Shown: one piece after another, positions 8,838 to 16,883 of the stretch
Numbering within the stretch: position 1 is the first letter of the stretch
Layout of the letters: every line of letters starts with the position of its first letter
Assembly: GCA_030167145.1 (NCBI GenBank)
Contig: CP126532.1
Span: 4,920,001-4,952,000, forward strand
Length of the DNA stretch: 32,000 nt
Direction: 5' to 3'
Origin: Ktedonobacterales bacterium
GTDB lineage: Bacteria; Chloroflexota; Ktedonobacteria; Ktedonobacterales; JADMIN01
Translations under genes and position numbers: made by a program
Notes under the pieces: model-generated
The model's database searches: none
Told to the model about the DNA's origin: nothing
Seen by the model: the letters and a program-made list of their open reading frames with translations, nothing else

Positions 8838-9995
8838 TCACGGTAGCGTGGGCACGGCGTCACGGGTGGCGAAGAAGCGCCGGAGCGCTGGATAGACTTC
8901 GGCTTTGTCGGAGATCGTCACGGCGATGAATTTCTCATCTTCGATCTTGGCGAAGGCCGACATCAGCGTGCTTTGCGAGCGATAGTGCCCCTCGCGAATC
9001 TCGCCATAGCCGAAGATGTTGCAGATCTCCATCAGCTTCCGCACTAGCCCCACACACCGCTCGTTATCCCAGGGGAGATTGTCGCCATCCGAGAAGTGGA
9101 AGGGATAGATGTTCCAGTCGTCGGGGTTGTAGCGCTCCTTGATGAGCCGTAGCGCCAACTCATATGCCGAAGAGACCTGGGTGCCACCGCTCTCGCCGTG
9201 GGTGAAGAATTCCTCTTCGGTGACTTCTTTGGCCTCGGTATGGTGGCTGATGAACACGATTTTGACGTTATTGTACTTGGTGCGTAGGAAGCGCACCATC
9301 CAGAAGTAGAAGCTGCGCGCGATGTACTTCTCGAATTCGCCCATGCTCCCCGAAACATCCATCATCGCGATGACGACGGCGTTGGATTGGTAGCGAACGG
9401 TCGGCTCCCAGACTTTGAAGCGAAGGTCGTCGTTTTTCAGGTCATGGAAGCTGGGATCGCCTTTGGCGGCGTTGCGCTTCAGGTTTTCGAGAATGGTGCG
9501 CTTTTTGTCGAGATTGGCGAGCGGCCCAACTTTGCGTACATCGGTGAAGCGAACGGTCTCGGTCTCCATCTCGGCCATCTTCTTCTCTTCGAGGAAGGGC
9601 AGCCCCAAGTCTTCGAAGATCATCGCCGCCAGTTCATCCAGCGTCACTTCGGCCTCGTAGTAATCCACACCTGGCTCTTCGCCCGCCTGGCCGCGTTTGC
9701 CACGTCCGGGGCGCGGGTCCGTGGCGAGTATGTCGCCGACCTGGCTATCGCCGTTGCCCTGGCCGGCATGCTGTTGGCGGCCGGGGTCGAAGCGAAAACG
9801 ATACTCTTCCAGCGAGCGGATGGGGACTTTGACGATCTTTTTGCCATCGGAGAGGATGATGCTTTCCTCGCTGACGATGTCGGCGAGATTCTTCTTGATG
9901 GCTTCGCGAATCTTTTGCTTGTGGCGCTCTTGGTCTGTCTGCCCCTTGCGATGGAGTGACCAGTCGTGTTGCGAGATAGTAGATGTACGATGCAT
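8838..9995 (-). CDS. yhbH: YeaH/YhbH family protein (DUF444, vWA-like)
   Basis: The N-terminus ISQHDWSLHRKGQTDQERHKQKIREAIKKNLADIVSEESII matches the YhbH/YeaH N-terminus. A vWA-like MMDVSGSM motif is present. ATG 9995 is preceded by GGGAGAGG with 6-nt spacing. Confidence 0.9.
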   Translation of the reverse strand: MHRTSTISQHDWSLHRKGQTDQERHKQKIREAIKKNLADIVSEESIILSDGKKIVKVPIRSLEEYRFRFDPGRQQHAGQGNGDSQVGDILATDPRPGRGKRGQAGEEPGVDYYEAEVTLDELAAMIFEDLGLPFLEEKKMAEMETETVRFTDVRKVGPLANLDKKRTILENLKRNAAKGDPSFHDLKNDDLRFKVWEPTVRYQSNAVVIAMMDVSGSMGEFEKYIARSFYFWMVRFLRTKYNNVKIVFISHHTEAKEVTEEEFFTHGESGGTQVSSAYELALRLIKERYNPDDWNIYPFHFSDGDNLPWDNERCVGLVRKLMEICNIFGYGEIREGHYRSQSTLMSAFAKIEDEKFIAVTISDKAEVYPALRRFFATRDAVPTLP

Positions 9996-10106
9996 AACAG
10001 ACCTCTCCCGCGTAGCCATCACATGCCCTTTGAGATGGAATGACGCCGTGCGCGCGCTTCGACTTCCCCACACAACAGCGGTGTACGCCTGGCATCACGA
10101 TTGGCA

Positions 10107-10148
10107 GGCGACAGAGAAACCGTGGCATGAGGCGGCTTCTCTGTCGCC
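10107..10148 (-). other. perfect 12-bp stem hairpin in the prkA-yhbH intergenic spacer
   Basis: GGCGACAGAGAA (10107-10118) pairs with TTCTCTGTCGCC (10137-10148), with an 18-nt loop. It lies 8 nt downstream of the prkA stop. There is no U-tract. Confidence 0.6.
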
Positions 10149-10155
10149 GTGCGGG

Positions 10156-12063
10156 CTAGCGATTCAGTAGCGAGCCGACATACTTGAGCAACTCATTGGC
10201 GCAGACGGGGCAGTAGCCGTGATCCGCTATCAACCGGCTGACCACCTCGTTCGACTTCTTGAGCTGCTCCGCGTCCGGTGTCTTGCTGGACGTGGTGATC
10301 TTCACCACATCGCGCAGGTCGGCGAAGAGCTTCTTCTCAATCGCCTCTTTCAGACGCTCGTGGCTGGTGTAGTCAAAGGCCTGACCACGGCGAGCGAGCG
10401 AAGAAATGCGGATCAAGATCTCCTCGCGGAAGGGCTTCTTCGCATTTTCGGTGATGCCGATCTGCTCTTCGATGGAACGCATCAACTGTTCGTCAGGTTC
10501 CATGTCCTCATCGGTGATGGGATCGCGCACCTTCGTCTTGTTGCAATAGGCTTCGACATTGTCAAGGTAGTTGTTGAGCAATGTCCGCGCCGACTCCTCG
10601 AAGGAGTAGACGAAAGCCCGCTGCACCTCTTTCTTCGCCAATTCGTCGTATTCTTTGCGCACCTCGCTGATGAAGTTGAGATAGCGCTCGCGCTCTTCGC
10701 GGGTGATGCCGGTGTGCTGATCGAGGCCATCGCGCAGCGCCCGTAGCGCATCAATTGGGTTGATGCAGGTGACGTGCTCGCGCACCAGCGCGCTGGAGAG
10801 CCGGTTGATGACGTAACGCGGCGAGATGCCATCCATCCCCTCGCGAAGCGTTTCCTCTTGCAGTTCTTTGATATCCTTCTGCTTGAACTCTTCGAGGTCT
10901 TCGCCATCATAGAGCTTGAGCTTCTTCATCAAGCTCATGCCCGCCTTCTTCGAGCCTTCCAGCCGCGACAGGATGGCGAACATGCTGGCGACGCGCAAGG
11001 TGTATGGCGCGATATGCACATCTTTGAGCGAGCTTTGGCCCAGCAACTTCTCGTAGATTTTGACCTCGTCGGTGACGCGCAGGTTGTACGGCACCTTCAC
11101 CAGAATGATGCGGTCTTGCAGGGCTTCCGACTTGCGATTGCCGACAAACGCCTGGTACTCGTTCTCATTGGTGTGGCTGACGATCACCTCATCGGCGTAG
11201 ATCATCGAGAAGCGCCCGGTCTTGATGTTCTGCTCTTGCGAGAGCGTCAGCAGCACATACAAAAAGCGCTCGTCCACTTTGAGCATTTCGACGAATTCCA
11301 TCAGCCCGCGGTTGGCGATATTGAGTTCGCCATCGAAGCGGTAGGCGCGTGGGTCGCTTTCCACGCCGACTTCGCCAATGGTGGAGAGGTCAATACCACC
11401 TACTAGCTCGCTGATGTCCTGGCTCTTCGGGTCAGACGGCGTAAAGGTGCCGATGCCATTGCGGTGTTTCTCGCTGAACACCATCCGCTTGACGGGCACA
11501 GATTCGATTTTGCCGTCATACTTGTTATCCAGGAGCCACCGGCACTGTGGGCAGAGGTCGCCCTCGATATACAGGCCGAACTCGCTCTCGATATCGCCGC
11601 GCAACTCATTGGGGATCAGATGCAGCGGCTCTTCGTGCATTGGGCATTCTTTGATCGCATACGCGGCTCCGCCGCTCACATCGCTGCGGGTATATTCTTC
11701 CAACCCACGCTTGAGCAAGCTTACAATGGAAGACTTGCCGCCGCCTACCGGCCCCATGAGCAAGAGGATGCGCTTGCGCACTTCGAGGCGCTGCGCGGCG
11801 GAGTGGAAATACTCGACGATTTGCTGGAGTGGCTTCTCCAGGCCGAAGATTTCGCTGTCGAAGAACTTGTAACGCTGATCGCCAAGTCGGTTGGTTTCGG
11901 CGCCAGCAGCCACGATCATGTTATAAATGCGTTCGTGTGAAAGTTGAGACACCGATGGCTGACGTGTGACGATCTCGAAATACTGCCCGAATGTGCCTTC
12001 CCACGACAGCGCCCGCTCGCGTTCCCGATACTCTTCAAGCCGCTTGACCAGATCCATACCCAT
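10156..12063 (-). CDS. prkA: PrkA family serine protein kinase (AAA+ / kinase-like)
   Basis: The N-terminus MDLVKRLEEYRERERALSWEGTFGQYFEIV aligns to the Bacillus PrkA N-terminus. A Walker A motif is present (MGPVGGGKSS). Start is ATG 12063 or 12057, with GGGAAGAGAG upstream. The track start at 12087 lacks an SD. Confidence 0.92.
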   Translation of the reverse strand: MGMDLVKRLEEYRERERALSWEGTFGQYFEIVTRQPSVSQLSHERIYNMIVAAGAETNRLGDQRYKFFDSEIFGLEKPLQQIVEYFHSAAQRLEVRKRILLLMGPVGGGKSSIVSLLKRGLEEYTRSDVSGGAAYAIKECPMHEEPLHLIPNELRGDIESEFGLYIEGDLCPQCRWLLDNKYDGKIESVPVKRMVFSEKHRNGIGTFTPSDPKSQDISELVGGIDLSTIGEVGVESDPRAYRFDGELNIANRGLMEFVEMLKVDERFLYVLLTLSQEQNIKTGRFSMIYADEVIVSHTNENEYQAFVGNRKSEALQDRIILVKVPYNLRVTDEVKIYEKLLGQSSLKDVHIAPYTLRVASMFAILSRLEGSKKAGMSLMKKLKLYDGEDLEEFKQKDIKELQEETLREGMDGISPRYVINRLSSALVREHVTCINPIDALRALRDGLDQHTGITREERERYLNFISEVRKEYDELAKKEVQRAFVYSFEESARTLLNNYLDNVEAYCNKTKVRDPITDEDMEPDEQLMRSIEEQIGITENAKKPFREEILIRISSLARRGQAFDYTSHERLKEAIEKKLFADLRDVVKITTSSKTPDAEQLKKSNEVVSRLIADHGYCPVCANELLKYVGSLLNR

Positions 12064-12087
12064 GCTCTCTTCCCAAGCGCTCGGCAT

Positions 12088-13225
12088 CTAAAGCCGTTAT
12101 GTACACATAAGGCATTCAGCACGAGGCTGAAGATGCCCGATTGCCCATAGTTTTTGCCGATTTCGCTCTCGCGCCACCCGTCCACGTTCACAACCTGAAT
12201 GTTAGATACGGAACAGATAGCCCTTTCAGAACAGTGATCAGTTGACTTCACTGTGCCCAGCCGATCACCAATGCTTCAATCACGCTTCAATGATGTGGCA
12301 GGGCAAACAACGCTCTGCTGGCAGTCTCGCATGCCGGAGCGACGATCAAGCGACGCTCTTCGGTAGCGCAATCGCGATCACGAAAGGGGGAAAGATAACC
12401 CAGGGACCATCAACTACCGCGAGCCGTTCAGGCGTAGGCCTCGCTTAGGGGTGCGAGCCGCTCATACGCGGAACGTCTCAGTCGCGCTCTTCGGCGAGCG
12501 CATGATGGCACTGTCTCTTGCCCATCGAGACGGGTGCTTTGACCGGGAACTCACGCCGGTCACATCTCTCGCAGTGCGAGACGTGACCACTCTACGGCAG
12601 ATCCGTGAGGAGGATCAAACGTGGGCTCGCGTGGGAGAATGTGTACTCTCCCTGAATTGGGCTGTGCGCGAGCGGACGCTCCACTTCACCTGCCGGGCGG
12701 AGTGAGTCGGGTACGTACAAGGCTTGGTAACCTGGCAATACAGTTTGAGGTACGTTTGCCGTTCGTCTATCGTAACCCGGTGTTCGCTGCAAACCGATGC
12801 TCTTTAGTTGGAAAGTTCGCGGACGAGCGTTGCGATACCGCCGCAACACATTCCGCAGCCCTACATGGGTGATATGCGCCTGAACCAGCGGCAAATACAC
12901 CTAGCGGACTATTGCACATTGCGTGCCAGCTTGAGCCGAGCGACGCAGCACATATGTCAACTATATCCCATGTGGCTACAGGCTACCACACTTATGACAG
13001 ACGCGCAAGCGTTCCACGTGGCCCAACAGTATCATTCGTCTATGGCTTGTCGCGACATGTGCCAAGCAAGGTGAGCGTGGCGGCAAGCGGAAGCGTTGCG
13101 AGACGGTGCGTGGGTATTGTCCTATCGGAGTCATGGGCCAGGCCTGTGTTGTACAATGCCAAGGTTACAGCGCCACCAGGGCAGCGCAACGGCGCACACC
13201 CATCATATAGAGGGATTTGCTTATC
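12088..13225. other. 1.1-kb ORF-free, lower-GC, hairpin-dense intergenic region (candidate structured RNA or decayed element)
   Basis: Only short (under 115 aa) ORFs in all six frames, with non-protein-like composition, and none has an SD. There are multiple strong local stems: 12484-12501, 12541-12561, 12558-12588, 12600-12616, and nested 12625-12673. The element cgctcttcgg is duplicated at 12354 and 12485. Confidence 0.55.
12097..12110. promoter_or_regulatory. AT-rich 14-bp palindrome upstream of prkA
   Basis: TTATGT-AC-ACATAA lies 34-47 nt upstream of the prkA start, in an otherwise GC-rich context. Confidence 0.3.
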
Positions 13226-15640
13226 ATGACCACTCCAGGCGGGTCCAGTACGGGCGACGGACTGCTCGAAGGTCTCAACGACCGCCAGCGCCAGGCTGTC
13301 ACCACCACAGAAGGTCCACTGCTCGTCCTCGCTGGGCCAGGGAGCGGCAAGACGCGCGTCATCACCCACCGCATCGCCTACATTCTCGAAGAGCGGAGGG
13401 TTGCTCCCTGGAATATCCTTGCCGTCACGTTCACTAACAAAGCTGCCCGCGAGATGAAAGAGCGGCTCGAACATCTGGTCGGCTCATCCGCGCGCGACCT
13501 GGCCGTCGGTACCTTCCACTCCATCTGCTCGCGCATCCTGCGTCGCGAAGCCGCGCGCGCCGGGCTGGGCCTGGGCGACAATTTCACTATCTATGACGAT
13601 GACGAGCAAACCGCGCTCACCAAGCAGGTGTTGCGCGAGATGGACCTGGATGAGAAGCAGTTCCGGCCCAGCACCATCCACGCGATTATCTCGCGCGCCA
13701 AGAACGACCTGCTCTCGCCCGCCCAATTTGCGGCCAGCGTCAACAAGTACTTCGAGGAGGTCGCCGCGCGGGTCTACAAACGCTACGAAGAATTGTTGCG
13801 CGCCAACAACGCGGCTGACTTCGACGACCTGATCCTGCTGACCTATCAGCTCTGGAAAGACAATCCTGATGTGCTGCGCCAGTACCAGAGCCGCTACCAG
13901 TACATCCACGTGGATGAGTTCCAAGATACCAATAAAGCGCAGTATGAATTGGTGCGACTGCTGGGAGCGGGCACGCCAGAGCAGCGCGGCCAGATGAACG
14001 TCTGCGCTGTCGCCGATGATGACCAGTCCATCTATAGCTGGCGGGGTGCGAATCCGCGTGTGCTGCTGCAGTTCGAGCAGGACTTCCCCAACACGCAGAC
14101 GGTGATTCTGGACCAGAACTACCGCTCGACGCAGGTGATACTGGATGCCGCGCATGGCGTCGTGCGCCAGAACCGCGTTCGCAAGGACAAGCAACTCTGG
14201 ACCAATAAGCATGGTGGCGAGAAGATCACGGTTCACGAAGCCTACAACGAGGAGGAAGAGGCGACCTACGTCGCCAACCAGATTCGCCAGCACGTGGCGC
14301 GTGGGGAGGCGAAGCTGCGCGATTTCGCGGTGATGTATCGCACCAACGCGCAGTCGCGTGCGCTGGAAGAGCAATTTATCCGCAGCGGCACGCCCTATGT
14401 TGTCGTCGGCAGCAAGAAGTTCTACGAGCGCAAAGAAATCAAGGATGTGCTGGCGTATCTGCGGCTGATCGCCAACCCGCAGGATACCATCTCACTGCAG
14501 CGCATCATCAATGTGCCCAACCGCAAGATTGGCCCGAAGACCTTGGCCGAATTCACTTCCTGGGCCGAGCGGCAAGGTATGAGCGTGATGGATGCGCTGC
14601 CCAATGTCGAGGCGCATCCGACGCTGGCCACGGCTGGCAAACGTGCGCTCGCCAGCTTCGCCGCGCTGGTGGCCGATCTGCGCCAGGCAGTGCATGATAT
14701 GCCGCTGCCCAGCCTGATAGACCGCCTGTTGGAGCGCAGCGGCTATGCCGCCGAGCTACGTGATGGCAGTGAAGAGGGGACGGAACGCTGGAACAACGTG
14801 CTGGAGCTGCGCCGCGTCGCCGAAGACTTCTCCGAGATCGAGCCGGAGGTCGCGCTGGCGCTGTTCCTCGAAAACGTGGCGCTGGTGGGCGGCGCGGACA
14901 CCACGCAGACGAGCGAAAGCGGCGGCCTCGTCAGCGGAGAGGTTGACGCCGTTACACTCATCACCCTGCACGCAGCCAAAGGATTGGAGTTCCCGTTCGT
15001 GTTCATCGTCGGGCTGGAAGAGGGTGTGCTGCCGCATTCGCGTTCGCTCGAAAATCAACAGGAGCTTGAGGAAGAGCGCCGCCTGGCGTATGTCGGCATC
15101 ACCCGCGCGATGCGCCAACTGTATCTGACGCGCGCATTCCGGCGCTCGTTCTATGGCGGCAATGCGCTGTTCCAGGAGGCGTCACGCTTTCTGGACGAGA
15201 TTCCGGTTGAACTGATGATCGCCACCCGCCAGCGGAGCCGGAGCAGCAGCGGAGATGGTTCCACCGCGCGCCAGCCGTCCCGCTCTGGTGGTGGCCTCTG
15301 GGGTAGCTCTGGCGCGGGCAGCTCCCGTTCGACTTCGCCCAATGGCTCGCGCTTCACCTCGCCGCCCTCTCGAAGTGGCGCGCCTACGCCCATCTGGACA
15401 CACAGGCCCGCCGCAGCCGCATCTGTGCCGGAGCCAGCCGCGCCGGAAGAGAGCATGCCCGCCGAAAGTGATGAGCCAGTCACGCTCACGCCGGGCGACC
15501 GGGTGCTGCACCGGCTCTTCGGCGAGGGCACGGTGCTGCGCGTCTCGGAGGAATCCGGCTCGACCACGGTGGAGGTGCTGTTCAAGACGGCGGGCAAGAA
15601 GACGCTGGATCTCGCTTTCGCCAAATTGCAGAAGGTTTAA
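13226..15640 (+). CDS. pcrA: ATP-dependent DNA helicase PcrA/UvrD (SF1)
   Basis: Contains the SF1 helicase motifs (AGPGSGKT, FTNKAAREM, VDEFQDTN, QNYRS, TLHAAKGLEF, VGITRA). ATG 13226 is preceded by AGAGGGA. The track start TTG 13217 is too close to the SD. The C-terminus has an S/G/R/P-rich linker and then a small Tudor-like domain (GDRVLHRLFGEGTVL). Confidence 0.92.
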   Translation: MTTPGGSSTGDGLLEGLNDRQRQAVTTTEGPLLVLAGPGSGKTRVITHRIAYILEERRVAPWNILAVTFTNKAAREMKERLEHLVGSSARDLAVGTFHSICSRILRREAARAGLGLGDNFTIYDDDEQTALTKQVLREMDLDEKQFRPSTIHAIISRAKNDLLSPAQFAASVNKYFEEVAARVYKRYEELLRANNAADFDDLILLTYQLWKDNPDVLRQYQSRYQYIHVDEFQDTNKAQYELVRLLGAGTPEQRGQMNVCAVADDDQSIYSWRGANPRVLLQFEQDFPNTQTVILDQNYRSTQVILDAAHGVVRQNRVRKDKQLWTNKHGGEKITVHEAYNEEEEATYVANQIRQHVARGEAKLRDFAVMYRTNAQSRALEEQFIRSGTPYVVVGSKKFYERKEIKDVLAYLRLIANPQDTISLQRIINVPNRKIGPKTLAEFTSWAERQGMSVMDALPNVEAHPTLATAGKRALASFAALVADLRQAVHDMPLPSLIDRLLERSGYAAELRDGSEEGTERWNNVLELRRVAEDFSEIEPEVALALFLENVALVGGADTTQTSESGGLVSGEVDAVTLITLHAAKGLEFPFVFIVGLEEGVLPHSRSLENQQELEEERRLAYVGITRAMRQLYLTRAFRRSFYGGNALFQEASRFLDEIPVELMIATRQRSRSSSGDGSTARQPSRSGGGLWGSSGAGSSRSTSPNGSRFTSPPSRSGAPTPIWTHRPAAAASVPEPAAPEESMPAESDEPVTLTPGDRVLHRLFGEGTVLRVSEESGSTTVEVLFKTAGKKTLDLAFAKLQKV

Positions 15641-16875
15641 GGCGCAGGAGGCCACCAGGGAGCGGATAGCGCAGGGGGCAGGGTAACGGAGCCATCGGCG
15701 CGCTGGCCGTTCTCCAGGATGGCGGCGAGCGTGCGCCCGATGGCCAGCGCCGAGCCGTTCAGCGTGTGCGGATAGCGCGCGCGGCCAGCAGCGGCGGGTT
15801 TGTAGCGAAGGTTCAGGCGTCGCGCCTGGAATGTGCCGCAGTCGCTGACCGAGGATATTTCGACGTATCGGCCCTGCCCAGGCATCCAGACTTCCAGGTC
15901 GCAGGTATACTGGCTGGCGAAGGGCAACTCGCCCGCGCAGAGCGCTACGACGCGATATGGTAGCTCTAGCCGTTGCAGCACCGCTTCGGCGTCGGCCAGC
16001 ACCGTATCGAAGGCAATGTGCGCCGTGTCGGGCGTGGCGATGCGCACCAGTTCCACTTTGTCGAACTGGTGCTGGCGGATCAGGCCGTGCGTGGCGGCGC
16101 GCGATGAGCCAGCCTCGCGGCGGAAGGCGGGCGTGCAGGCGGTATAGGCCAGCGGCAGCCGCGCTTCGGGCAGCGTCTCGCCCGCATGCAGCGCGACAAG
16201 CTGCGCCTCGGCGGTGGGGCTGAGATACAGTCCGTCCCGCAAGAGGGTGTAGAGGTCGTCGGCGTGGCGGGGCAGGTGGCCGGCGCCTTCCAGCGTTTCG
16301 GCGCGCAGCAGATGCGGTGGGGCGACCTCGGTGTAGCCGCGCTCGGCGTGCAATTCTAGCATCAGCGCCGCCAGCGCCCGCGCCAGTCGCGCGCCCGCAC
16401 CCAGCAGCAGCGGGAAGCGCGGCCCGGCGAGCTTCGTCGCTCGTGGGGCGTCGTAGATGCCCAGCGCAGTGGCGAGCGCATCGTGCGGGCGGGGCGTGAA
16501 GTCGAATGCGCGCGGCTGGCCCCAACGCCGCAGTTCCACGTTGTCGGCTGGCCCGTCGCCATCGGGCACGCGGGCGGCGGGCAGGTTGGGCAGTTGCAGC
16601 AATATCCCGCGCGCCTGATCTTCAAGTTTGGCCAGCGCGTCGGTCGCCGTCTGTAGCTCGCGGCTGGCGGTTCGTGCTTCCTCTGTGGGTCGGGTATTGC
16701 CGCTGGCCCGGATAGCGGCGGCGAGCGCATCACGCTGGGCGGCGGCGGCACGGCGGCGCGCGTCCAGCGCCAGCCAGGCATCGAAGGTGCGCACCGCCTC
16801 CGCGCCCGCGTGTCTGCGGTGGAACGCGGCGCGCACGTTGTCGGGATGGTCGCGCAGGTAACGCTCGTTGAGCAT
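15637..16875 (-). CDS. serS: seryl-tRNA synthetase
   Basis: Has the SerRS N-terminal coiled-coil arm (MLNERYLRDHPDNVRAAF) and a class II core (GLIRQHQFDKVE, SSVSDCGTFQARRL). Its stop overlaps the pcrA stop by 4 nt in convergent orientation. Confidence 0.9.
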   Translation of the reverse strand: MLNERYLRDHPDNVRAAFHRRHAGAEAVRTFDAWLALDARRRAAAAQRDALAAAIRASGNTRPTEEARTASRELQTATDALAKLEDQARGILLQLPNLPAARVPDGDGPADNVELRRWGQPRAFDFTPRPHDALATALGIYDAPRATKLAGPRFPLLLGAGARLARALAALMLELHAERGYTEVAPPHLLRAETLEGAGHLPRHADDLYTLLRDGLYLSPTAEAQLVALHAGETLPEARLPLAYTACTPAFRREAGSSRAATHGLIRQHQFDKVELVRIATPDTAHIAFDTVLADAEAVLQRLELPYRVVALCAGELPFASQYTCDLEVWMPGQGRYVEISSVSDCGTFQARRLNLRYKPAAAGRARYPHTLNGSALAIGRTLAAILENGQRADGSVTLPPALSAPWWPPAP

Positions 16876-16883
16876 CGCGCCCG

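Noticed and set aside
13141-13160. TACAAT -10-like hexamer (13152-13157) as the pcrA promoter
   Set aside because: There is no acceptable -35 at 16-18 nt, and the TG is misplaced for an extended -10. Support is too weak to report as a feature.
12088-13225. Known housekeeping RNAs (RNase P RNA, tmRNA, SRP/4.5S, 6S), a group II intron (GTGCG at 12451) or a cobalamin riboswitch in the long spacer
   Set aside because: By eye I found none of the diagnostic motifs on either strand: no GAGGAAAGTCC-type CR-I, no tRNA-like 3' end with GGTTCGA, no SRP GGAA/AGCA domain IV motif, no convincing 34-nt domain V hairpin and no B12 box. A covariance-model search is still needed.
12088-13225. LexA/Cheo-type SOS box (GAAC-N4-GTTC) upstream of pcrA
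   Set aside because: No such dyad was seen in the region upstream of pcrA.
15182-16525. 447-aa minus-strand ORF spanning the pcrA 3' end and serS
   Set aside because: An extreme R/A/P/G-rich alternate frame overlapping two well-supported genes. It is a GC-skew artefact.
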